64,000 nucleotides of DNA from Histomonas meleagridis 2922-C6/04-290x (GCA_020184695.1 JAANOX010000134.1:62001-126000), one strand, 5' to 3'. Positions 10,741-22,656 are shown, counted from the first letter of the stretch. The notes: generated by a model not told the origin, from the letters alone. A program made the numbers and translations.

Positions 10741-11904
10741 ATGAGCACAGAAGCAAAAAATGAACAAGAAGAATCAATCAGTCAATACAACCGCATGAAA
10801 GAACTTGAAGATGAACTTGAACTTCTTAATATCAAAGAGGAATATATCAAAGATGAAATTCGTTATCTTCGTCGTGAACTTATTCGTGCACAAGATGAAG
10901 TCACCTGCATTCAGTCAGTACCGCTTAAGGTAGGAAACTTTTCTGAAATGGTTGATCCAAATTATGCACTCATTGATTCAAAAGAACTTGTACGTGTCAT
11001 GAAAACTATTGACCGTCGCCTCCTCAAACCAAACACTAGTGTTGCACTTCATCGTACTGCACATTCAATTGTTGATGTTCTTCCACCAGAAGGAACCACT
11101 GCCGTACAAATTATCGAACAAAAACCTGACGTAACATATGCAGACATTGGTGGTCTTGATATGCAAAAACAAGAAATCCGTGAAGCAGTTGAATTACCAC
11201 TTACACATTTAGATCTCTATACACAAATCGGTATAGACCCACCACGAGGAGTTCTCCTTTATGGTCCTCCAGGAACAGGCAAAACCATGCTTGCTAAAGC
11301 TGTTGCTCATCATACATCAGCTGCATTCATTGCAGTTGCCGGCAGTGAATTTGTGCAAAAATACCTTGGCGAAGGTCCACGAATGGTTCGTGACACGTTT
11401 AGGCTTGCTCGTGAGCATGCTCCTTCGATCATATTTATTGATGAAATCGATTCCATTGCGCAAAAACGGTTTGATGCCGAACACGGAAGTGACCGCGAGA
11501 TACAACGCATCTTAATGGAGCTTTTAGCGCAAATGGATGGATTCGATCAGACGACGAACGTTAAGGTCATTATGGCGACAAATCGCGCTGACACATTAGA
11601 TCCCGCTCTTTTGCGTCCAGGACGACTTGACAGGAAAATCGAGTTTCCACTTCCTGATCGAAGGCAAAAGCGACTTATCTTTGGCGTGTTAACTAATAAA
11701 ATGAACTTAAGTCCCGATGTGGACTTAGAAGATTATGTTTCACGACCAGACAAGATCAGCGGCGCAGACATTGCATCCATTTGTATGGAAGCAGGAATGC
11801 ACGCTGTAAGAAGAAACAGATACGTGATATTGCCAAAGGACTTCGAAAAGGCATACGAAAAGATAGTACATAAGCCGGATAACGTTCTCTCATGCTATAA
11901 TTGA
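10741..11904 (+). CDS. RPT3: 26S proteasome AAA-ATPase subunit RPT3 (PSMC4)
   Basis: [76 protein letters not shown]. Confidence 0.93.
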   Translation: MSTEAKNEQEESISQYNRMKELEDELELLNIKEEYIKDEIRYLRRELIRAQDEVTCIQSVPLKVGNFSEMVDPNYALIDSKELVRVMKTIDRRLLKPNTSVALHRTAHSIVDVLPPEGTTAVQIIEQKPDVTYADIGGLDMQKQEIREAVELPLTHLDLYTQIGIDPPRGVLLYGPPGTGKTMLAKAVAHHTSAAFIAVAGSEFVQKYLGEGPRMVRDTFRLAREHAPSIIFIDEIDSIAQKRFDAEHGSDREIQRILMELLAQMDGFDQTTNVKVIMATNRADTLDPALLRPGRLDRKIEFPLPDRRQKRLIFGVLTNKMNLSPDVDLEDYVSRPDKISGADIASICMEAGMHAVRRNRYVILPKDFEKAYEKIVHKPDNVLSCYN

Positions 11905-12143
11905 ATAAAACTAAAAATAAAAAGTTCTGATGTGTCAATAAAAGTATGAGATACGAAATATTGTTTTTTGGATTCTAAATATGCATTAAATTGTTTCAGT
12001 ATATACTATAAATTATGATCGTCACAAGCTTATTTAGAAAATAATCATTGGCCTTTAGAAATATTTTACACATAAATTTATGAAAGAGAAAGACAAAATG
12101 TTTTTAAAAAGACTATCATATGAAAGGGCACCCCAAAACACTA

Positions 12144-12199
12144 CAGTTTTTGAATATAAATACGATGATTTTTCATTCATTCGATTCTATCGTTGGGAA
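12144..12199 (+). repeat. Dispersed 56-bp element, copy 1
   Basis: cagtttttgaatataaatacgatgatttttcattcattcgattctatcgttgggaa; 2 mismatches to 49753-49808. Confidence 0.85.
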
Positions 12200-12260
12200 C
12201 ATTAGAAAAGAAATTTGAATTTCAAACCGTTTTTAAGAATACGTTTGTCAATGAAAAACA

Positions 12261-15200
12261 ATGAAATCTGGAAGAACATCAAAAAATGAAATTTCAACCA
12301 AATTTAAGGATATAATATCAAAATTTATATCTATTGAAGGAATTATTTTAAATTTGGATAAAGAGAATATTGAAGAATCAGTACAATCAATATATGATTT
12401 ATTAGGCATAAATCATCTATATTCAGTTTTTTTGATTGTATGTAAATTAGCATATTCAGCATTTGTTTCACGTATGAAAAATTTTAATATTTATATTACT
12501 TTTCTCCAAACATTAGAAAAAAAATATGAGAAAATATGTAACTATCAAATTATAAATATATTTACAAAATTTCTTCTTTCTATAAATTCACAAGAATCAA
12601 ATTATCTTTTAGAAAAACTTTTTGAAAATAAATTAATTGATAATAGCGTGTTATCGAAAAAATGTTGTTTATATTTTATGCAATATTTGAAAATAGAAAA
12701 AATTAATGAATTAAAAAATATAACTAAAACTTTTTCGCATATCACAAAAGATTTTAAAGAACTTTCACAACTAAAAAGTAAATTTATAGAAAATTATGCT
12801 GAACTTTCGGCAAATGATTATGAACTTCATAAACAATTAGTTAAAGAAGGACATAATCCAAATGAAATTGCAAAAATAATTCGAAATGACGAAATAGAAA
12901 AACTTAAAGAAATATCATCACAAGAAGAATTTAATTTTAATCAAATGATTGAACCATCACTTTATGAAAGATGTTCATTTGTTAATCAATATAAAGTTTC
13001 GTTAATTGATTATGCAGCATTTTTTGGATCAATAAAATGTTTTAAATATTTACTTATTAATGGTTCTTCAATAGATAACACAGGTAAATATGCAATTGCA
13101 GGCGGAAACATTGAAATAATTCATTTATGTAAACAAAACCATTCTTCATTTTATTGGTCATATGAAGCAGCGATTAAGTTGCACCAAAATGAATCATTCA
13201 AATATCTTTATGAAAATAATATTGCTAAAACCATAAATTTAAATATTTTATTGAAAAAATGCATTACAAACAACTCATATGAACTTTTTTATTATCTGAT
13301 AGAAAAAGAAGGAATGAATTTGGATCCTTTTATTAATGAATTATCATTAACAGGAAATTTATTTATCATAAAATGTCTTCTTAAAGATTATCAATTGACA
13401 AATGATATATTCCTTTCATGTGCAAACTCTGGGAATTTTGAAATTGTTGATTACATAATAAAAAGTAATAAAATTGGTAATTTAATGAATAAAATTTATT
13501 TTAATAATAATATGTTTCAAAATAACATTTGGAAATTCTTTAAATCATTTTCTACAGCATTTATTTCAGCATCCTCAAAAGGTCATCTTGAAGTTGTAAA
13601 ATTATTTATCGAGCAAAAATTTGATATCAATGCGAAAGATCTTTCTTTGTGTTAAATAAAATTTATTACAATAATTTTATATATCAAAATAATATTTAAA
13701 AATTATTAATATTTTTTGATACAGCACTAATGCATGCATCCAAAAATGGTCATACTGATATAGTTAAAATACTTCTTGAACAAAAGAAAATCGATATTAA
13801 TGCTAAAGGTAATTGTTTCAATAATTTAATTATGTTTCAAAATAATATTTAAAAATTATTAATATTTTTTGATACAGCACTAATGCATGCATCTGAATAT
13901 GGTCATACTGATATAGTTAAAATACTTCTTGAACAAAATAAAATTGATATTAATGCTAAAAATATTTATTTTCATGATTTATTGTGATTTTAACATAATA
14001 TTTGGAAATTATTTAAATTATTTGAAACAGCACTTATTTATGCATCTATATATGGTTATACAGAAATAGTTAAATTACTTCTTGAACAAAAAGGAATTGA
14101 CATTAATGCTAAAAGTATTTATTTGTTTTGTATAAAATTTATTTTAATAATTTTATATTTCAAAATAATAATTGGAAATTATTTAAATTATTTCAAACAG
14201 CACTTATTTGTGCATCTAGTAGAGGTTATACAGAAATCGTTAAATTACTTCTTGAACAAAATAAAATTGATATTAATGTTAAAGATATTTATTCATTTTG
14301 TATAAAATTTATTTAAATATTTTGAAATTTCAAAATAATATTTGGAAATTATTTAAATTATTTAAAACAGCACTTATGTATGCATCTAAATATTGTTATA
14401 TAGAAATAGTTAAATTACTTCTTGAACAAAATAAAATTGATATTAATGCAAAAGATATTTATTCATTTTGTATAAAATTTATTTAAATATTTTGAAATTT
14501 CAAAATAATGTTTGGAAATTATTTAAATTATTTTGTGCAGCATTTATGATGGCATCTGAAAAAGGTCATATAGAAATAGTTAAATTAATTCTTGAACAAA
14601 ATAAAATTGATATTAATGACAAAGATATTTATTTGTTTTATTAAAAGTTTATATTAATAATTTAATGTTTCAAAATAATATTTGGAAATTATTTAAATTT
14701 TTTTGGACAGCGCTTTATCATGCAACTTACTATAATCATATACAAATTGTTAAGTTATTTCTTAAACAAGAAGGAATTGATTTTAATATTAAAGATGCTT
14801 TTTTGTTTTACATAAAGTTTAAATAAAAAACTTTGGATTTCAAAATAATCCTTGGAAATTGCATAAATTATTTGAAACAGTACTTATGATTGCTTGTAAA
14901 AATCATTATACAGAAATAGTTCATTTACTTCTTGAACAAGAAGGAATTGATATTAATGCTAAAGATACTTATTTGTTTTATATAAAATTTATTTTAATAA
15001 TTTTATATTTCAATATTATATTTGGAAATTATTTATATTATTTAAAACAGCACTTAGTTATGCATCTAGTAGAGGTTATACAGAAATAGTTCAATTACTT
15101 CTTGAACAAGAAGGAATTGATATTAATGCGGAAAATATTTGTTTATTTTATTTAATATTTATTTAAAATATTTTAAAATGATATTTGGAAATTCTTCAAA

Positions 15201-15287
15201 ATATTTTGAACAGTACTTATGATAGCATCATTTTCTAGAAAAGGTTTTGATGATGTATCTAAATTAATTCATGAAAAAGATAAATGA
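12261..15287 (+). CDS. DUF3447-type ankyrin-repeat protein interrupted by at least 37 17-nt inserts; last junction degenerate
   Basis: N-terminal domain paralogous to the 5821 gene; ankyrin cores start 13554, 13721, 13874, 14027, 14197, 14367, 14537, 14707, 14877, 15047, 15210; final TGA 15285-15287. Confidence 0.8.
13494..15209 (+). other. Eleven clusters of 17-nt inserts separated by single codons (ankyrin locus 2); repeat unit mostly 170 bp
   Basis: For example 14287-14366: ATTTATTCATTTTGTAT-AAA-ATTTATTTAAATATTTT-GAA-ATTTCAAAATAATATTT-GGA-AATTATTTAAATTATTT-AAA-ACA. Confidence 0.92.
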
Positions 15288-15688
15288 ATCTAAATCAATC
15301 TTTTTTATCTTTCATTTTTCTCCTTTACTTATACAAATTACAAAAGAAAAAGATTTGAATAATCGAGCTTTTTATATCTACAATAAATTCAATATTTTGG
15401 GTTTTGATGCAAAATTTAATAAAAAAATTATTGCTACAAAAAATGTGATAACTACAATTTATTCATACAGTAATTTGATAAATTTATAATATTTAAACGA
15501 TCATAATAAAATTTTATTGTTTTCATATTTCATATTTGTCATCATTTCACATCACATTACATATTTAATGATAAACCATTGAAGACGAAAAACTGGAAAA
15601 TTGAGTACAATATTTGTGCAAAATTTGGAACGCAAAAGAAATAAAGCAGACGATAGCAGTTGGATAAAGTACTGAATTACAGTTGGGG

Positions 15689-18600
15689 ATGGAAAGGTTG
15701 CTGGGGGAAATTGAACAAGCGAAAAATGAATCAGCTCAGCCAAATGAAATAATGCGTCTGCTAGTTGATATTCAAAATAAAGTTAATTCAACTTTTATTG
15801 AGTCTTTAAAAGATGATCAAAAAGAAAAAGCATTAAAAAGCATTTGGAAATTCCTTCTATTTGCTGCATCACATCAATCTAGTAGCGTTCGTATTGCTTC
15901 ATATCGATCGACAGGTGCATTTCTCTTGAAATTACTTCCATATTATCCAATCATGATAAAGGAAACATTTTCTGATATTTCTATGGATTCAACTATTGAT
16001 CTTAAGAGCTCCGGAATCATTGCTGCTTCGTTTGCCTTTATCTCAAATCATGTTGCGTATCCTTATTTAGAAAAATTTCTTGACACGACTCCAGTTTTTC
16101 ATCATTTCAAAATATCAGATCCAGTTTTTTCTGAACACCTATCATCCATTATATCCAATTTAGGAAATCTTGGGTTTGAATGGTATCAATCATTACTTCA
16201 ATCATTTTTAGAAACAACAAAAAACACATCTAACCGACACATCCTTAAAATTGTATTATCCATTATCAAACATGATGAAGTCAAATTAATGAATGAAGTT
16301 TTTTCATATGTTGAATCCAAGGGTGACTTCAAGGAATATTTACCATTAATAGCATTTATCTTAACAAACATTAACACTAATTCAGACGATCTTCATTTGA
16401 CATCTGTTTTAAAGGCATCTCTTTTTATCCTCTCAAACCCCTCATCAAATTTCACAGAAACCGACAGCGCAATTCAAATTTTGTCAATTAAGTCAAATTT
16501 GTTTACAATTGAAATGATTCACGAAGAAAAAGAAACATTTCGAATCACACTTAAGACATCACGAGAAGAACAAACTATATTAGTTGAAGCGCATAACTTA
16601 TTAACTAGGCCTTCATTTTATTTATTAAATTGTCCATATGAATTTTGTCTTCCTAATGAAACAGATGGAAGTTTAACAAAAGCATCAAAAATCAAAGCAT
16701 TATCGAATTATTTGTTTATTGATCCAAGTAAATCAGAACAAGTATTAGATATTTTATCAAAGTATATTACAAAAGAATTTTCAGATTGTTGTTCAGCTTC
16801 ATTACAAGGCATTTCCAAAAGTTTTAATGTATTATATGCGAATGTACAACATGAAAAACTAACAAATATATTAAATAAAATCATACGAAAGATCGACAAG
16901 AACAATTGGTTTTTAACAAATGATATATTAAAGTTAATAAGTATTATACCGAAAGATAAATTACAAGAATTCATTGACATTAATCGAATTCTTCATATAT
17001 TAATTGATTTACTTTTATCGAAGAATGATCGAATATTACAACGCGTTCGTGATTTAATTAAATCATTTATTACGCCAATAAACTTCGAACGAATTACATT
17101 ATTAATAGCACAACAAATTGATTTTTATAATGAGAAATCAATGGTTAAAATCTTAGAGACATTATCATACATCTTAAATTCATTTCCATATTATTCACGT
17201 GATCATTTAAATTATTTAATATATTTATTCATTGATTATTATTCATTTTGTATGAAGAATATTAATGTACTTTCATCGATATTTAACTTTTTAAGTTGTT
17301 ATGATTCAAGTTTAGATATAAAAACAGTACAAAACCTTTTGTTGTCATCATTATTAATCATTGTTGGATCAGTTGAAGAAGTTTCAGGTTTTAATTCATG
17401 GGAAATTAATTTGTCGAATTTTAATCTAAAGAAAGTAATGAAAATGATTCGAATTGATATCCAAAGTAAAAATTTTGATGTGATATCAGAACATTCATTA
17501 CAACACAAAATTTTATTATCGCCTGCTTATAATGCGTTAAAGTTTTTGTTAAAAATTCCGCATACTGCAATCGAAGGGAAATTTGCTATTAAACTTGTAC
17601 AACAAATTATTAAATTGTTTCCTATTGAAGGACTTAAATTAATAGAAAAATATTGGATATTATTCACGACAGAAGAAATGTTTATTGGTATTGATTCTGC
17701 TATTTCAGTATTATGTATGATTCAAGATATGGAATACGTTCGAATATTATGTAATATTTATATGAAATATGCATGTGAACATGGTGATTTAATAGATTGC
17801 AAAAAAGTTTTAATTGAATTTGTGGATTATTCAATGAAAAATATTAAGTTAAATGAAGAACAATTAAATACTTTTAATGTTTTCATTTCAAATGATTATA
17901 AAAAAGAAGAAAATGATTCACTTTTACATAAACAAGTCAAATTACAAGGCGAAAATCGAAGTTTTAAATACCAAAAAATTAATTTATATAATGAATATTT
18001 AATTAATGATCCAACAATTATAATACAATTAAAATATAATACATATCAATTTACGAAAGAACAAATTGTGAAATTATTAAAAATGTATATTAAGAAAAAT
18101 GATATTAAAACTATAAAAATTATACTTCAATATTCCATTAACAATAAAATATTAATTAATTTCACTGAAAATAATATAACATTTCCTATTAATATTGCAT
18201 CAGAAATTATTAAATATCTTCGAAACATTAATTCTCCTGAAGTTAATAATTATTATAATATATATACACAAAATTATGATATAATTCCAATTGATTTAAT
18301 GATAGAATTAATATCAATTGATTCCGATAAATATTTGGAATATTTAATCTCATTAAATAAAATAACTAAAAAACATTTTTATAACTTAACAAAAAGTATT
18401 TATCATATTCAACTTAATGAAACAAATTATATCAAATCAATGATAAAGTTCATACAAATCATTGAAAACAAAAACAAATTACGTTTTTGTATGACAATTT
18501 TAAATATTATTATCTCGAAAGTAGTAAAACTTGATGAAGAAATTGTCGATGCATTATTACAACTTATCGAAAGTAAAACATTATTAGAACTTTCATATCA

Positions 18601-19663
18601 ATCATCGATATGTTTATATTTAATATCCACTAAATTTGTTAATGTAAAAATCATTTCGTTAGTACATATTATAATGGCAAATCTTTCGCCTATTTCGCCG
18701 GAGTTTTGTCCATTATATCAATCATTAATTATATGTGATAAAGATAATATTTTTGATCTTAAAACTTTATTAAAACTTTTTAATATATATTTCGACGTTA
18801 ATTCTTATCCATCATTGTTTTTATTTGGGATTCGAATATTTAATGACTTTTTAACTAATTATCAAAACAAACAAATTTTACTTGTTAAAGATAATTATAA
18901 TTTAATACTTAAAAAGATTTTACAGTTTTCATTGATATATCCAATAACAGAAACATGTTATAATACAATAAATATAATATTAAATAACGCCGAATTAAAG
19001 AAACAACAAATTTTAACATTAAATTCTTTTAATAAATTGTTTTCATCATTAACATTTGCATCATTTAATGCATTAAATAAATGTTTATATAACATCTATA
19101 AAATATCGGAACAAAACACAGAAATATTAAAAGTAATAAACGAATTAAAAAACTCAAAAACTTTCATCCAAACATATTTGGATATCCAAGAAGTTATGAC
19201 TTCTTCTATCGATATAAATGAGCGTGAAATTTACGCGTTAAATCTAGCAACGACTTGGCTAGAAAATGGTATAATAGAATGTGATTGTTATGAGATGTCT
19301 GAGATAATATTCGATTGGTGTAAGTACTTGTATAAATACGTGTACGTTGCGGAGTTCCTCCCAATTGTTACACTTCTCTTCTTGAAAAACGGTAATCGTT
19401 TCTTCCCGTGTTTCGTCGGCGTTGCGAAATTCGTGAAGAAATTCGAGTTGGAGAATAAAGAAGAAGATAAGAAACAATTAAACGTTGCGATAACTTGCGC
19501 TGCTGACTCTATAGAAGGGAAATGTAAGGCGCACGCAATGGCGATACAGTTGATGATAATGGATAATAGAATGAATGAGGCACTGAAGTTGGCGCAGTTT
19601 AACGAGGACTGCAATGAAAGTAATGCGTTGTTGGAGAAAATTAAAAACGAGTTAGATAAGTAA
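15689..19663 (+). CDS. Large hypothetical protein, probably HEAT/ARM-like helical
   Basis: About 1325-aa ORF; N-terminus LLFAASHQSSSVRIASYRSTGAFLLKL is HEAT-like. Confidence 0.7.
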   Translation: MERLLGEIEQAKNESAQPNEIMRLLVDIQNKVNSTFIESLKDDQKEKALKSIWKFLLFAASHQSSSVRIASYRSTGAFLLKLLPYYPIMIKETFSDISMDSTIDLKSSGIIAASFAFISNHVAYPYLEKFLDTTPVFHHFKISDPVFSEHLSSIISNLGNLGFEWYQSLLQSFLETTKNTSNRHILKIVLSIIKHDEVKLMNEVFSYVESKGDFKEYLPLIAFILTNINTNSDDLHLTSVLKASLFILSNPSSNFTETDSAIQILSIKSNLFTIEMIHEEKETFRITLKTSREEQTILVEAHNLLTRPSFYLLNCPYEFCLPNETDGSLTKASKIKALSNYLFIDPSKSEQVLDILSKYITKEFSDCCSASLQGISKSFNVLYANVQHEKLTNILNKIIRKIDKNNWFLTNDILKLISIIPKDKLQEFIDINRILHILIDLLLSKNDRILQRVRDLIKSFITPINFERITLLIAQQIDFYNEKSMVKILETLSYILNSFPYYSRDHLNYLIYLFIDYYSFCMKNINVLSSIFNFLSCYDSSLDIKTVQNLLLSSLLIIVGSVEEVSGFNSWEINLSNFNLKKVMKMIRIDIQSKNFDVISEHSLQHKILLSPAYNALKFLLKIPHTAIEGKFAIKLVQQIIKLFPIEGLKLIEKYWILFTTEEMFIGIDSAISVLCMIQDMEYVRILCNIYMKYACEHGDLIDCKKVLIEFVDYSMKNIKLNEEQLNTFNVFISNDYKKEENDSLLHKQVKLQGENRSFKYQKINLYNEYLINDPTIIIQLKYNTYQFTKEQIVKLLKMYIKKNDIKTIKIILQYSINNKILINFTENNITFPINIASEIIKYLRNINSPEVNNYYNIYTQNYDIIPIDLMIELISIDSDKYLEYLISLNKITKKHFYNLTKSIYHIQLNETNYIKSMIKFIQIIENKNKLRFCMTILNIIISKVVKLDEEIVDALLQLIESKTLLELSYQSSICLYLISTKFVNVKIISLVHIIMANLSPISPEFCPLYQSLIICDKDNIFDLKTLLKLFNIYFDVNSYPSLFLFGIRIFNDFLTNYQNKQILLVKDNYNLILKKILQFSLIYPITETCYNTINIILNNAELKKQQILTLNSFNKLFSSLTFASFNALNKCLYNIYKISEQNTEILKVINELKNSKTFIQTYLDIQEVMTSSIDINEREIYALNLATTWLENGIIECDCYEMSEIIFDWCKYLYKYVYVAEFLPIVTLLFLKNGNRFFPCFVGVAKFVKKFELENKEEDKKQLNVAITCAADSIEGKCKAHAMAIQLMIMDNRMNEALKLAQFNEDCNESNALLEKIKNELDK

Positions 19664-20016
19664 AATATATATTTTATGTGATTCGAAATATATTTTAAGT
19701 AAGAAGATTTTTGAAGTATTAAAGAGCTGTTTGATATAAAATAAATAATAAATCTGTTTGATTGATATTGATTCTTAAAATAAACAAATATAATACCAAT
19801 CAATATGTAACAATGTTCAGTTATTTTGATTTAATAATAGTATGAAAAGATGGAACGTACAATAATGTTTAACTTAAATAGTTAAACTATATTCAGCGAT
19901 TTGAATAACAGAAATATTTTTTATGAACAAATTTTAAATAGAAATTATCTATAGTTTTTTGTATTGACGTTGTTCGTGACTAATTAATTTACCTTAGTAA
20001 TTTAGATAAGAATAAT

Positions 20017-22036
20017 TTAAATTTTATTGATCATATTATTTTCGTTAAAATCCTTTGCAAATGGATCATCTTCAATATTATGTTGGATAAATCCTATTGA
20101 GAAATCACCATTTGCATTTATTTCATTAGAATTTTCTGATAGAACTTCTTCACTAATTTTATTATTATTACGTTGTCGAAGCCTTATTATTAAAACAATA
20201 AGTAATGAAATAATAATTACTGCAATTAAAACACTAATAACAATATAAATTGTCATATTATTTCTTTTTATTTGTTCACTATATTGGAAAATTACATAAA
20301 AACTTGAATTAAAATTGTGATATGTTGAATAACTCACAACTGTATATTCGTAATAAATGAATGTAACATAAATATATGTATTTATAGAATTAGTATTTGA
20401 AAGTGTATATGTACTCATTTGATATGTTCGTAAAAATGAGAATGATTCTGTGATTAAGAAAGTATTCGTTAAAGTTATAGAAATTGAAATAGTTGTATTA
20501 TAGATAAATGTTTCTTTAAATATATTTGATTTTGTAAATCCATTTGATTGTATAAATGCATTGGAATATGTATTGAATTTCGTAAAGGTATTAGATTTTG
20601 TAAATGAATTGGAATATGTGTTTGATTGTGTAAATGTAAGTGATGGAGAAAGACATTCATTAATTGTTATGTTACTTATATTAAGTGTACCAAATGAAAC
20701 ATCCATATATACAGATGTAACCATTATTGTTTGTGTTTTAATGTTAGAAAATGCATTCGTTCCTACAGTTGGTGAGTTGCTTCCATAATAATATATACAT
20801 GTCAAGTTATAACAATATAGAAATGCAGAATTTCCAATTGATTTTAAATTTCCTTCAATAATAATTGTTTCTAAACTTGTGCATGCTGGGAATGCAAAAT
20901 CACCAATGGAAGTAACAGGTTTAGGAATTGTTATATTTGTTAGTGCTCTACAAGTAGAAAAAGTATAATCATTAATTAATCTAATATTTCCATAAATTTC
21001 AATAATTACCATGCTATAGCATAACTGTAATGCAGCAGTTCCTATTGAGGTAACAGAATTTGGAAATGAGAAATTTTTTAAACTTGTACAGGAATCAAAT
21101 GCAAAGTTTCCAATTGTTTTCAATTTATCTCCAATAATAATTATTTCCAAATTATAACATTTAACAAATACGTTATAACCAATTTCTTGGACATTTTCTA
21201 TACTAATATTTTTTAAACTCGAACATAAATAAAATGAATATTGAGCAATTGATATTATCGTATTTGATAGAATTATGGAATTCATTTTACTACAATTGAA
21301 AAATGTATAAACACTAATGAATGAAATATTTCCATAAACTTCAACAGTTTCCATATTATAACAATGTTGAAATACTGCAGGTTCAAAAGAAGTAACAGAA
21401 CTTGGAATTGTAAAATTTTTTAAGCTTATGCAGTAATTAAATGCATAATAATCAATTATTTTTAATTTATTGCCAATAATAATCATTTCCAAATTATAAC
21501 ATTCATCAAATGCTCTTAATCCAATTATTTCAACATTTTCTATTATAATATTTTTCAAACTTGAGCATAATTCAAATGAACGATGATATTGTATTTGGTA
21601 GTATTATAGAAGTCATTTTAGTGCAAATATAAAACGTATAATCATCAATCAATGAAATATTTCCATAAATTTTAATAGTTTCTAAGCTTATACATTGTTG
21701 AAATGCTGCTCGTCCTATTGATAACACTGAATTTGGAATTGTTATGTTTTTTAAACTTGAACAGTTATAAAATGAGGAATTACCAATTGTTACAATTGTA
21801 TTACAAAGTTCAACTGTCGTTAGTGATTTCCAATTGGAGAATGCACTGGTTTGTATTAATGTAACTCCACTTAAAAAAATTACTTTAATAACTGTTTCTT
21901 TGAAATTTTGGGAGTCTGAAATATTATCAGTACTTGAGATTGTTAGTGTGTTTGTTGTAGAATCGAATAATATTGCTTCAGAATGCATAAAAAACATAGA
22001 GAAAATAAAAAGAAAATACTTTTTTAATAAGTGCAT
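20017..22036 (-). pseudogene. BspA-like LRR surface protein, split by a frameshift near 21575 (ORFs 21572-22054 and 20017-21558)
   Basis: TpLRR repeats in both ORFs; junction NTISS/FELCSSLK lacks about 11 nt relative to the sister repeat NTIISIAQYSFYLCSSLK; T/S-rich stalk, TM, IEDDPF tail. Confidence 0.8.
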
Positions 22037-22656
22037 ATTAATTTCGCCCAACACTTTATATTACAGAAGAAAACATTAAAGAAACAATAAATAAAAACAA
22101 AAATTGCTAAATAATACAGATAATTATAATAAGTGTTATATATATGTTTATGTTGTTGAGGCTGTTTTGTTATATAATGAATTATTTCTGAGTTATTCCT
22201 TTGTGAAAACTTATTAAAATGACATTCAAACAAAGCTGTTTTGATTAAGCTATTATAGGAAATCCACATGTTATATAATGTCTGTTTTTTGTTCCTTGTG
22301 TGAAAAGATAAATCTTGATATAAAATCTCATGTCTTATCATCCTTAAAAAGTCTGAACACCGGATACACAAATTAGAAGAATTATTTTTATTATGTTGAC
22401 TTTTAAATTTGATTATATCAGATTCTAACATTTGGACGATATCATCTTGATTATGTAATAGCAGCAACTTATTTCCAAGACCCGTACCATTGTTGATCAT
22501 TTCTAAATATATTAAATTTAGAATCATTGTTAAGCAAATCATGAAATAAAAATTCGTCAAAATTTTGTTGTTTTTTATTTTCTGAAAAATCCTTTGAAAT
22601 TTTGTTGTTTTTTGTGAACAAACGGTATCGGCGGTTATTGTACCCATTGATGACAT
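22024..22656 (-). CDS. Possible hypothetical protein with C-terminal hydrophobic segment
   Basis: 210-aa ORF, AT-rich, no motif recognised. Confidence 0.25.
   Translation of the reverse strand: MSSMGTITADTVCSQKTTKFQRIFQKIKNNKILTNFYFMICLTMILNLIYLEMINNGTGLGNKLLLLHNQDDIVQMLESDIIKFKSQHNKNNSSNLCIRCSDFLRMIRHEILYQDLSFHTRNKKQTLYNMWISYNSLIKTALFECHFNKFSQRNNSEIIHYITKQPQQHKHIYNTYYNYLYYLAIFVFIYCFFNVFFCNIKCWAKLICTY

Noticed and set aside
13808-13877. Conventional GT-AG intron per ankyrin repeat (GT at 13809, ACAG overlapping the TA codons)
   Set aside because: A GT at that position is absent in most repeats, and such splicing would delete the D-x-x-G-x-T loop. The 17/3 parse explains every junction and restores the consensus.
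14117-14196. -1 ribosomal frameshifting through the spacers
   Set aside because: There is no conserved slippery heptamer, many spacers have stops in the needed frames, and the product would carry about 23 hydrophobic extra residues per repeat.
14318-14337. 20-bp palindrome TATTTTGAAATTTCAAAATA as a processing signal
   Set aside because: Present in only two duplicated spacers and spans a micro-exon; not conserved in other repeats.
14123-15089. Short ORFs 14123, 14128, 14298 and 14859 (also 7686) as separate genes
   Set aside because: They are read-through artefacts of the interrupted ankyrin repeats.
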